From: a virus
Strand: one strand, 5' to 3'
DNA length: 64,000 bases
IMG/VR virus record: IMGVR_UViG_3300019886_000067
Location: 16,398-80,397 of that record
In this document: piece after piece, positions 55,646 through 64,000 of the stretch
Layout: every line of letters starts with the position of its first letter
How positions within the stretch are numbered: the first letter of the stretch is position 1
Program-made: the position numbers and the translations under genes
Notes under the pieces: model-generated
What the model was told of the DNA's origin: nothing
The model's input: only the letters and a program-made list of their open reading frames with translations
The model's database searches: none

Positions 55646-55858
55646 ATGAAGCGGCTAGTTCTCTTGTTTGTGATGTGCCTAACGCTGAGCGGCTGTGGTG
55701 GCATCTACGAGCCTAAATCCCATGACATCAACTCGGCCTGCAACAGCCACGGCGGAATCGCTAAGTCAATCAGACACGCAGAAACACATGAGTCTACTGT
55801 GATCTACTACGAACTACTCTGCAAGGATGGCACAGCGAAAGTGGTACTGGACGAATGA
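55646..55858 (+). CDS. putative lipoprotein
   Basis: MKRLVLLFVMCLTLSGC lipobox. Confidence 0.7.
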   Translation: MKRLVLLFVMCLTLSGCGGIYEPKSHDINSACNSHGGIAKSIRHAETHESTVIYYELLCKDGTAKVVLDE

Positions 55859-56032
55859 TTCGACCGTGCGCTAAATGTGGCTCGATGGAGCCGTTTCATA
55901 TTCACAATGGTGAGCAAATCATCAAGGACTACTTCTTGATTGGCCGAGTCGAACCTGATATGGAGGCTGCACGTATCTGGCAAGCTCGCGCACTCAAAGC
56001 TGAGAAAGAACGCGACGATTTGAAATTCAGGC

Positions 56033-56061
56033 TTGACAGCCTAGATAAGTAGTGCTAGGCT
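56033..56061 (+). promoter_or_regulatory. SigA-type promoter, leaderless start at 56068
   Basis: TTGACA-N17-TAGGCT-N6-ATG. Confidence 0.7.
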
Positions 56062-56255
56062 TCGCACATGATGATATTTGACTATGAAGAAGAGCTTTGT
56101 GATGAAGCTGAGCGGATATGTAACGCAACCCCGCGAGCCGATTGGGACAAGGACCGGACGTGGCTCTTCGATCAAGCACGTATCAACTTGGAACGACGAG
56201 GCATTTTAGGGGGCGTATGCCCTACTGAAGATCATATCGAGAGAGGATATAACTG

Positions 56256-56570
56256 ATGAGTCTTGAGAATGAGCTACGAATAATGGGCCAGATCATCCAA
56301 TTGGACGCGGCCATTGCGCGAATCAAGCGTGAACGCGATGAAGCAATAGCTGCCTTTGGGATTGTCGAGAAGGCTTTTTACGAGGTTGACGACGAATCGA
56401 AGCGCTTTGCTGAGGCGTTGACTTTTTACGCTGACGAGAAAAACTATGGTGAAGGGGGCTATGCCGGCGGCTTGGTAACACATGCTCCGGGGCTGGATTG
56501 CCCGTGCCCCGAGGCAGAATGGGAGCCCGATCTGGGCTACGTTGCACGCGAGGCGTTGAAGAAGCCATGA
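56256..56570 (+). CDS. hypothetical protein
   Basis: ALTFYADEKNY...G.VAREAL motif. Confidence 0.6.
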   Translation: MSLENELRIMGQIIQLDAAIARIKRERDEAIAAFGIVEKAFYEVDDESKRFAEALTFYADEKNYGEGGYAGGLVTHAPGLDCPCPEAEWEPDLGYVAREALKKP

Positions 56571-57052
56571 CACAGATACTCGTGAAACTCAAGCAGCGCC
56601 GCAATCCCAGGAAACCTGACTACGCTAAGATCGCGTCGTTGGAGAGAAGCTTGGGCCTGCCATCTACGGTCTCAGAGCGAGACAAATTGCGCGCCGAATG
56701 GAATGATATCTACCGGGAAAACAGCTACATCACCAAACAGCGGGAAAAACGCAAAGACAAAATCCTCGTAGGAGTGGCAACTCTGTTCATTATTGGCTGT
56801 GCTTTGTTTCTTGCGTGGGTTGTTGCTTTCCGAACAGATATTTTTACTGAAACACCACAACCGCTACCGGCCGGCGTGCTTGTCGGGCCAAACGCCTCTT
56901 TCGTGGTTGCGCATGGACAAGATGGCATGGGTGCTCTACTATGTAGTGGGTCATCTTTTGATACTGTACCGCTTGGTCATCGTGTGCTCATCAACTGCAC
57001 TAACGGCGCACCTAAATTCAGCTATCCGAAGTCAAAGGTGTGGAGACCATGA
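56567..57052 (+). CDS. membrane protein with RKPDYAKIAS motif
   Basis: One TM helix; ATGA overlap. Confidence 0.6.
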   Translation: MTQILVKLKQRRNPRKPDYAKIASLERSLGLPSTVSERDKLRAEWNDIYRENSYITKQREKRKDKILVGVATLFIIGCALFLAWVVAFRTDIFTETPQPLPAGVLVGPNASFVVAHGQDGMGALLCSGSSFDTVPLGHRVLINCTNGAPKFSYPKSKVWRP

Positions 57053-57188
57053 CATATATAGAAGAACTGCTAATTGTACTAAAGATTATCGTGCCCTTTA
57101 TGCTAACAATGCTTGCCCTTGTGTGGATTGCCTTCTGTTTGGTTCTGGGCACTTTTCTTTTTACCTACGTGATCGTGGAAGCGTTGCT

Positions 57189-57446
57189 ATGAGGCGTAAA
57201 CCAGACTACGCCAAGATTGCGTCTATGGAGATAGAACTTGGCCTTGTGCCGGCAGCCGACGTAGCTGAGTGTATGCGGCCACAAACTAAGCCAAAGAAGC
57301 CTATACCAAAGTCGTCTCTAGGACTGCTGTTGCATCTTGAGTCCACAATGTTGCCTGGCTTGGTGTGCGTTTTGGCTCTTATGGCTTGGGCTGTCATCGT
57401 CGGAGGAGCCGTGTGGCTAGTGGCGGCGGCTAGTGGCGGCGGCTAG
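57189..57446 (+). CDS. membrane protein with RKPDYAKIAS motif
   Basis: Start moved to ATG 57189; C-terminal TM helix. Confidence 0.6.
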   Translation: MRRKPDYAKIASMEIELGLVPAADVAECMRPQTKPKKPIPKSSLGLLLHLESTMLPGLVCVLALMAWAVIVGGAVWLVAAASGGG

Positions 57447-58357
57447 TGGCGGCGGCTATATGAGCTTTGAACTTATACTCAACGTCGGTTTTGCGGCTTT
57501 CGCGTTGATTATCCTAGCCGTATTCTGGATTGCATTTGATGAGAGAGAAGACGACAGATGAAACTAGAGCGCCTAGCATCAACAATTGCGTCCTTTGATA
57601 TTTGCAAGCATCGCTGTCTCTTGTTTTATCGAAGGTCATCCTGCGTACGGTGCCTTGTGTGCCGTGCTCGTCATTACTATCATTGCGAGTTGGGTCATAT
57701 GAAAAGACGAACCGTGCTGTTCCTAATTGCTCTGTATATTTTTTGTGCCGGTTTCGGCGTAGGTCTAGTTTTGGCTGTGGAGGCGTTGACAAAATGAGCG
57801 GTCCTGATTTTGTGGTTGTCAGTCTTGATGACTGGCAGGCTCTATATGTCAACGGAGAAGTAGTCACTCAAGGCCATACGTTGAACCTTGAGCACACCAT
57901 CAACTACGTCCTTGAACAGCACGGCATGAAGCCTGTCCTATTCAAGGAGGGCACCCCAGAGTTCGAGGAAGAGTGCCACGAAAGCGGCCGGCTCCCCGAC
58001 GTGATGCCGCAAGACGATCAACTGTGTTGACATCACACGACTATCGGCCAACCACGCTAGGCCGTATTGCTCCGCGTCTAGGTGCTGCTCTTGATGCCAT
58101 CGAGAAATACCACATGCGCGGCCTGCATCGCTGCTCGTGTGTACAAGGCTGGCGCATTGACGACTACGAGTATGGCGATTTCGGCTGCATCGACATCTTG
58201 AGTATCGCGCGCAACCTGCGTGACAGTATAGAACGTAATCGTATGTGGGAGGTCAACTCACGCACATATCCTAAGCCTCGATGGATGGAGGAGAACCCAT
58301 GCTCACCTCTTTCATAGGAGGCGTCATCGCTGCTCTGATTGTGCTAGGGTTGCAGAA

Positions 58358-58723
58358 ATGAAGCTATGGCTCGATGATGTACGTCCGGCACCCCAGGGAT
58401 GGATGTGGGCCAAGGACAACGCGACCGCGAAGAGCATCCTTGAAGCCTGTGGAGTCACGGGACACGTCGCAATCCATGAGTGCTCGCTAGACCACGATCT
58501 AGGCGCTTTGCCAACTGGCGACACTGATCCGCGTGAGGTCATGTTCTTGCAGGGCGATAGCCCAGACGGCAGCGGGTATGACTTGGCCGTGTGGATGTGT
58601 GAAAATGGGCTTGTACCTGACATCGTAACCATCCATTCGTGGAACCCTGCCGGCGCGAGACGTATGCGGGCCACCTTCTACGACCACGGCTACGAGACTA
58701 CACTGAGGCCCTTTCAGCTATGA
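58358..58723 (+). CDS. cyclic-phosphate-processing receiver-domain protein
   Basis: KLWLDDVRPAP, SLDHDLG, GYD..W, IHSWNPAG. Confidence 0.75.
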   Translation: MKLWLDDVRPAPQGWMWAKDNATAKSILEACGVTGHVAIHECSLDHDLGALPTGDTDPREVMFLQGDSPDGSGYDLAVWMCENGLVPDIVTIHSWNPAGARRMRATFYDHGYETTLRPFQL

Positions 58724-59136
58724 CATCAATCAACGATGTGGTATACAGCAGACCCGAAGCACCTTGTCACGGCTGTGCTCATTCGGCTGCCGGTGCTCCG
58801 TTCCCCGGCTTTCCTTCAGGAGAGCGGCCGTGCTGTTTCTGCAAGCGCCACCCGGACGGCATAAACGTAGACGCCCTGGGAGGGTCGGCCGTCTGGTACG
58901 ACGGAGAGACGCCCGCGTTCAAGACTCCGATGGACTGCTACATCGCTACAGACCGATCAATCCAAGGACAGATTTTCAAAGTCCTTGAGCGTGTAGAGAA
59001 AATGGAAGAGCCGGTGACTCCGCGCACGAAGAGCGTCTTTGGAATTCCTTCTGACCACTACTGCTGCGAGGGCGGAGACGCGCCTGGCGGCCACACTTGG
59101 ACGTGCATCATGTTCCTGGGAGTGAGCTACGGATGA
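58720..59136 (+). CDS. Cys-rich hypothetical protein
   Basis: ATGA overlap; several Cys clusters. Confidence 0.55.
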   Translation: MTSINDVVYSRPEAPCHGCAHSAAGAPFPGFPSGERPCCFCKRHPDGINVDALGGSAVWYDGETPAFKTPMDCYIATDRSIQGQIFKVLERVEKMEEPVTPRTKSVFGIPSDHYCCEGGDAPGGHTWTCIMFLGVSYG

Positions 59137-59335
59137 CTAAGAAGCAGTGGAAGAAAGCCTACAAAAAATCTCAACGCGAAGCAGATGAACTAGCGACGTT
59201 GCTGGTTGAGATTGCGCGCGGCGCTGACATCATGCGCGACCGCAGTTTGCATTTCTCAAGCGAACTTTCGCTGGCCGGCATCAAGCACTACGACGAGCAA
59301 CGAGAGCTAATGGCAGACCGTGGATTGTATGTCGT

Positions 59336-59364
59336 TTGACATTCCCCGAATGATCTGCTACGGT
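59336..59364 (+). promoter_or_regulatory. SigA-type promoter
   Basis: TTGACA-N17-TACGGT-N8-ATG. Confidence 0.7.
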
Positions 59365-59372
59365 ATCCGACC

Positions 59373-59807
59373 ATGACAAAGATTAGCTCTATATCAATCA
59401 AGCGTGACCTTGAGTTGCTGCTTTACACAGCATGGACACGCATTATTGTTTCTCGGCATCCTGAGAAAACTGCTTTCTATGATCGTGAGAAGAAAAACTA
59501 CTGCGCAGTAGGTGCATGTGTTTCTGCTGTCATGGGCGAAGAGAATATATTCGAGGCGCTGAAAAACGGTGCGCTTGACGACGAGAGTGTTGCAGCTTGT
59601 GTGCAAGCTCTTTTCTTTGCCATCCCGCGCCGCATAAGGGATGCTGAAATGGCGCGCGGAAAAGACTACCTCTTTGGACATGCCCAAGCACAGTCACGCA
59701 GACGGACAATTGTCTACGCCTATAATGACCAAAATAATAAGCAAGTAATTTTGGAGTGGATACTAGATGCCCTCGTTCAAGTAGGAAGGTACCCAGATGC
59801 GCAGTAA
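59373..59807 (+). CDS. hypothetical protein
   Basis: YCAVGA...YND motif. Confidence 0.65.
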   Translation: MTKISSISIKRDLELLLYTAWTRIIVSRHPEKTAFYDREKKNYCAVGACVSAVMGEENIFEALKNGALDDESVAACVQALFFAIPRRIRDAEMARGKDYLFGHAQAQSRRRTIVYAYNDQNNKQVILEWILDALVQVGRYPDAQ

Positions 59808-60333
59808 CGAAATCGAAGACGGCAACGATTATGCCGTTGGTGATCTGCCGGGCCATCGACTTCGCTGGCGAGTAACTGGCCGCGAGCAAATTGGTAACTC
59901 ATCGCGTATCGTCGCATTTCCGGTTGACTTGAATGGTGCGGTCACGGGACAGGCTCAATCGCTTACAGCCCGGTCTTTTACGGCCCCGTGGGTAGATGAG
60001 GAAACCGCCCGTAATGAGCAGGAGCGCGCAGCACAGAAGCGCCGCGAAGAGCTTACGCGAGAACGCGCTGAAAAGCAGGCTCGATTGACAGCAGCATTGC
60101 CGGCGTTTCGTGGGATCAAGGTATCTCCGCGTATGTTGGGCCGCTACGGTGGTGCGGATGCTGACGAGCCAGTTCTTGATCTTGCTGACGGGCTAGAGGA
60201 AAACTACAACAAGCATGATTCCAACACTTGCTCTGTGACTGCTGAAGTATTTGAGTTGATATCAGCGCGAATCAAGCAGCTTTCACAGGAGCTACAAGGC
60301 TCGACTTGGGTGACGGTGCCAGATGCCTCCTGA
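59797..60333 (+). CDS. hypothetical protein
   Basis: Overlapping operon ORF. Confidence 0.6.
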   Translation: MRSNEIEDGNDYAVGDLPGHRLRWRVTGREQIGNSSRIVAFPVDLNGAVTGQAQSLTARSFTAPWVDEETARNEQERAAQKRREELTRERAEKQARLTAALPAFRGIKVSPRMLGRYGGADADEPVLDLADGLEENYNKHDSNTCSVTAEVFELISARIKQLSQELQGSTWVTVPDAS

Positions 60334-61054
60334 GTATCAGGACTTCATGCTTCAGTGGAAGTGTTTGACCGATTTCTCACTAAAGTTTGATAATAACATA
60401 CAGCCATTCTTTACTTCACAACTAAGGAGCATTAAATTGTCGGTACCAGTTCTGATTGACCAGCTTGGAAAACTGTTTGACGAGCTACAGAAAAAGCTTG
60501 ACGCCCAAGAGCAAGAGACAAAGAGCATTTATGAGAAAGCCCGCGCTGCCATTGGCCGTAGGGTTGACGAAGGCGTTGATCCTCTTACAGTTGTCTTCGA
60601 GGAGTATGAGCGTTTCAAGCAAAACTTCCCGAAGATGTGTGACGAGAATGAGGAATTGCGTTCTTCGGTTAGGTGGTTTGAGTCAACGTTGCGCTCTGAA
60701 ACTGATAAGCGCGTAAACACTGAAGAGCGTGAGGATGAGCTTAATAGCGTCATTCGTGGCCTTGAACGAGCACTCAACGTTGTGCGCGAGAACGTTTCTT
60801 TCTGGCAACGTAAGACTAAAGAGGATCAAAAAGCCCGCGCAAAGGCTGAATTGCAGGCCCAGAAAGCGGAAAGTGAACGCGACAATCGCTCTGTCTGCAC
60901 CAGAGGCGAAATTGAGTCAATCATTCAGCACGGAGTAGTGAATGAGAAGCGCTACAAGCTACTCAAGGGTTGGATGGAGACTCTTAGCGCGTCGGGCTAT
61001 CTTCGAGGACCAATCTTTGAATGCCTGAAAGACGCAGAGAAAATTGTCAACTGA
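60323..61054 (+). CDS. coiled-coil hypothetical protein
   Basis: Heptad-rich ORF. Confidence 0.6.
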   Translation: MPPEYQDFMLQWKCLTDFSLKFDNNIQPFFTSQLRSIKLSVPVLIDQLGKLFDELQKKLDAQEQETKSIYEKARAAIGRRVDEGVDPLTVVFEEYERFKQNFPKMCDENEELRSSVRWFESTLRSETDKRVNTEEREDELNSVIRGLERALNVVRENVSFWQRKTKEDQKARAKAELQAQKAESERDNRSVCTRGEIESIIQHGVVNEKRYKLLKGWMETLSASGYLRGPIFECLKDAEKIVN

Positions 61055-61418
61055 GCGCGTAAAGCTGTTCGAGGTACAAGAGGCCCACATAACGCTGCTC
61101 AAAGCAGCGTATGTGGGATGGGATGATGGCGAGTTTGGAGCGCCGGCTATTGACTGTAAGAGACCGTACGGCAACTCATCTGTCCTTAAAGATATGAGAG
61201 AGATACTTGGCTGGCCGATTGACGACGAAGAGGGTAAAGACGGCGACCAGACTGATATCGGATGGTCTGATGACAAAGCCATAGAAGACGACGATCTTGA
61301 AAAACTGCACAAGGAGACTAAGGTGGCGCTACAGATAGCATTGTCCGTGGGCTACTTCAAGCCTGGTCTCTACACGGCAAAAGAATACAGCAAGGATTGG
61401 GAACCCGTCAAAAAATGA
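61044..61418 (+). CDS. hypothetical protein
   Basis: GAPAIDCKRPYGNS motif. Confidence 0.65.
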   Translation: MSTERVKLFEVQEAHITLLKAAYVGWDDGEFGAPAIDCKRPYGNSSVLKDMREILGWPIDDEEGKDGDQTDIGWSDDKAIEDDDLEKLHKETKVALQIALSVGYFKPGLYTAKEYSKDWEPVKK

Positions 61419-61750
61419 GCCAACGTAAGACGCCTATACTGCTTCGACAAGGCCCACTATCCGGCCGCATACATGCTATATTTCGCTACACGCGATCCAA
61501 GGCAGCTAACGGCTGTGACATCATCAATGCGTCCCTAGACGGTAAGGAAGATGTCACAGCCGACTTCGACGCGCTCGTGTGTGAATTGCTATTTGATCCA
61601 GACTCGCCAAAGATCATCGAGCAACTTGATGGTGCCTCGCGTAGTGGTGTTAGCTTGACCGAAGCTGAGCGCGAAGAAATCAAGAAATTTCGTGAGCGGC
61701 TGATCGTCCTTGTTGAACGACACAACAATGAAGGTCATGGTCGAGGATAG
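61415..61750 (+). CDS. hypothetical protein
   Basis: ATGA overlap; GPLSGRI...KEDVT. Confidence 0.6.
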   Translation: MSQRKTPILLRQGPLSGRIHAIFRYTRSKAANGCDIINASLDGKEDVTADFDALVCELLFDPDSPKIIEQLDGASRSGVSLTEAEREEIKKFRERLIVLVERHNNEGHGRG

Positions 61751-61937
61751 CCGTGCAGTTCGACAGATCAAGGCCGCGCTGTCGTTCAACAAAGTTCCGT
61801 GGGATTCAATCTTATGGGAGCCTTTTGATCTAGGGTCCAAGCGCGGGCAATGGATCATCAAGTGTTACGGCCGGCCGGATATCGTCGGAGCAACTACTAA
61901 GAAGCTATGCAGTGAAGACATCCCGCGAGCGGCGGCC

Positions 61938-61966
61938 TTGACAAACTCTGCCTGACGCGCTATGCT
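61938..61966 (+). promoter_or_regulatory. SigA-type promoter
   Basis: TTGACA-N17-TATGCT. Confidence 0.7.
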
Positions 61967-61998
61967 GCCGGAAACGACACATCATCATAGGAGGCATC

Positions 61999-62601
61999 AT
62001 GCGCCGTAAACGGTTCAGCGTGACCGTGCAGTATGGACAGAACGAGCCGGCCAAGAAGATCATCCTGGGATACTCGGCTGAGAGCGTGACCAGATGGATC
62101 GAAGCTCGTGGAGCGCGCGTGCTGCGTGTTAGCACGGTCAAGCGCAAACGAGCCCGCAACGCTTCAGCGCCGGCCGCGTGGCAGATAGATGAGCGCGCGC
62201 TTCGGAGCGCCTGTAAAACGCTTGACATTCGCTGGCCCGTGCGCGTAACACGCACGGCTTCGATGGAGAAGTTAGGGCGTCATGCCTTCCGGCATAACAA
62301 AGCATGGGCGACGCCGCGCCACTACATTACCGTAGATAAGCGTGTGTCCGTTGCTGAGTCTACGCGAGTGCTTTGGCATGAGTTGGCTCATGCAGCCCAG
62401 GCAGAGCGGGCCGCAGAGGCATATGCGCGCGAGGCTGGCGTAGCGTCTAGAATGGTCCTGCTCCCGCGTGAGGCTGTAGATGCGTGGCGCAAAGCTGAGC
62501 TACGCAGCCGCAAGTACAAGTATGAGAAGCGGCCGTGTGAGATTGAAGCAACCTACGTGTCTGAAATCAAGAAGCACTACATCTTGACAAAGCCCGCCTG
62601 A
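61999..62601 (+). CDS. HEXXH (SprT-like) metallopeptidase domain protein
   Basis: VLWHELAHAAQ...PCEIEA; AGGAGG RBS. Confidence 0.65.
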   Translation: MRRKRFSVTVQYGQNEPAKKIILGYSAESVTRWIEARGARVLRVSTVKRKRARNASAPAAWQIDERALRSACKTLDIRWPVRVTRTASMEKLGRHAFRHNKAWATPRHYITVDKRVSVAESTRVLWHELAHAAQAERAAEAYAREAGVASRMVLLPREAVDAWRKAELRSRKYKYEKRPCEIEATYVSEIKKHYILTKPA

Positions 62602-62612
62602 TCGGCTAAGGT
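62584..62612 (+). promoter_or_regulatory. SigA-type promoter
   Basis: TTGACA-N17-TAAGGT. Confidence 0.7.
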
Positions 62613-62966
62613 TGCCGAAACGAATCAAGGAGGAAGTCATGGCAGAGGACATCATTAAGTACATCAAGAACCTTGTCTTTCAAGGCAAGACGCAAGACGA
62701 AGCCATTGACCACGCCGCTCAATATTTCGGAAAGCAGCGTGCGGACATCGTGCAAATCATCGAAAAACAGTCAGCATCGTAATGCTTCAAGAACGCTCAC
62801 ATAGAAAGCACGTCAGTCGAACGGATGGTATGCAGCGTGGTCCAACTGGCAAGGGCCGCCGGCTTGTAGGTATTGGCGACGCGGGCGCTAACACGAAGAT
62901 TCGCGTAGGCAAGTCTGCCAAGCAGTTGCGGCCAAATGAACGAATCCAACTTAGGAAGGGTGCTGC

Positions 62967-63332
62967 TTGATGCCGTGGGAGAACGCCGTCGAAGACTACA
63001 TCGTCAATTCTTCTGTGCCCGCTGAGAAGGCCGGCAATGCCGTCGTATACGTCGGAGCGCTTGTGCGCAACTCCTTCAACATGATCGAAAGCGCCCCCGA
63101 CTGCACAGCCGTGCAGCTTGCCAGGAACATCAAGACTATAAGTGCCTACATTGAAGAATCCAACACGATCAGAAACGTGATGAACCATTTTGGCTTCGAG
63201 GATGTCAATGTAGCCAACAGCACAAACGCTGTTTTGGTTTCTCTCGCTTGTGCTATGGTTGACGCACAGAGCACCTTGAAGATCGCGTGGACGAAGCGGG
63301 CAGAAATAGAGGCAGGCTTTGGAAAAAACTGA
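62967..63332 (+). CDS. hypothetical protein
   Basis: ORF in operon. Confidence 0.55.
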   Translation: MMPWENAVEDYIVNSSVPAEKAGNAVVYVGALVRNSFNMIESAPDCTAVQLARNIKTISAYIEESNTIRNVMNHFGFEDVNVANSTNAVLVSLACAMVDAQSTLKIAWTKRAEIEAGFGKN

Positions 63333-63333
63333 G

Positions 63334-63362
63334 TTGACATTCAGTTGGAAGTTTGGTAGGAT
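63334..63362 (+). promoter_or_regulatory. SigA-type promoter
   Basis: TTGACA-N17-TAGGAT. Confidence 0.7.
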
Positions 63363-63424
63363 CAATCGCATACTAATCGGAAGGCCACTAATGTGGTGGC
63401 TCAAACGCAAACAATGGATATAAC

Positions 63425-63679
63425 ATGAACACACAAGATGCGCGCAAGCTCTCAACACGAGTTGCCAAGGAATCCAGCAATGTAGTCGTGAGGTTCGGCC
63501 GCACTAATGGTCGTGACTGTCTGCACCTTCGCCAGATGGGGAAAGAGCTGGCGTCTGAGACGATCTACTCCGAGGAGGAGTGGAATCTTCATCCGTGGAA
63601 CTTCGCCAATCGTCCCAAAAAGAAGAAACAAGTCTATCCCGACATTCTCAACGCCGTAGCCAACAAGGAGGCTGCATAA
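63425..63679 (+). CDS. hypothetical protein
   Basis: ORF after promoter. Confidence 0.55.
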   Translation: MNTQDARKLSTRVAKESSNVVVRFGRTNGRDCLHLRQMGKELASETIYSEEEWNLHPWNFANRPKKKKQVYPDILNAVANKEAA

Positions 63680-63682
63680 CCG

Positions 63683-64000
63683 ATGCGCGACTATATCAAT
63701 GTAAACACGCAGGCCGAGCTTGAGGCTGCGCTAGCGGCCGGCAATATCCCTATCTGCCGTGGCCCCAATCTTTTCATCGTGCGACCCCAGGCATCCGGCA
63801 ATGCCACAGTGGAGGCATCCGGCAATGCCACAGTGGAGGCATCCGGCAATGCCACAGTGAGGGCATCCGGCAATGCCACAGTGAGGGCATCCGGCAATGC
63901 CACAGTGGAGGCATCCGGCAATGCCACAGTGGAGGCATCCGGCAATGCCACAGTGGAGGCATCCGGCAATGCCACAGTGAGGGCATCCGGCAATGCCACA
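63683..64000 (+). CDS. octapeptide-repeat (ASGNATV[E/R]) beta-solenoid-like protein, runs off the window
   Basis: AAGGAGG RBS, ATG 63683, 24-bp tandem unit GCATCCGGCAATGCCACAGTG(GAG/AGG) from 63792. Confidence 0.8.
   Translation, partial: MRDYINVNTQAELEAALAAGNIPICRGPNLFIVRPQASGNATVEASGNATVEASGNATVRASGNATVRASGNATVEASGNATVEASGNATVEASGNATVRASGNAT

Noticed and set aside
63691-63999. - strand ORFs (LPDASTVA, CRMPPLWH repeats)
   Set aside because: Shadows of the + strand ORF, which has the RBS and operon context.
1-64000. Integrase, reverse transcriptase (DGR/retron), aminoacyl-tRNA synthetase, SmpB, RNA ligase
   Set aside because: No recognisable motifs in this window; they may lie elsewhere in the genome.

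Overview
A 64-kb segment of a large tailed (siphovirus-type) dsDNA phage. The host is probably actinobacterial (inference from the many leaderless -10/ATG starts). Layout: (1) + strand 1-7.3 kb: end of a family-A DNA polymerase, MazG-like, RlpA-like, RuvC-like, Pth2 and the small/large terminase. (2) - strand 7.4-34.5 kb: lysis cassette, tail, tape measure, HK97-type capsid and protease, class II ribonucleotide reductase and a portal-MuF fusion. (3) 35.7-46.9 kb: an RNA/translation island. It holds three - strand tRNA arrays (38 tRNA or tRNA-like genes, all 20 amino acids, none with encoded CCA), a CCA-adding enzyme, a GGQ release-factor-like protein and a phosphoesterase. It also holds a candidate full-length RNase P RNA, an 80-nt tmRNA-like RNA with no mRNA-like domain, a circularly permuted tRNA-like RNA and a tRNA-Glu with a hairpin inserted in its D-loop. 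(4) 48-64 kb: many small, probably early genes behind TTGACA-N17-TAnnnT promoters, with repeat clusters near 53.5-54.8 kb. The main finding is an apparently self-contained phage tRNA-maturation and ribosome-rescue system. All calls come from reading motifs and base-pairing by eye; no searches were run.
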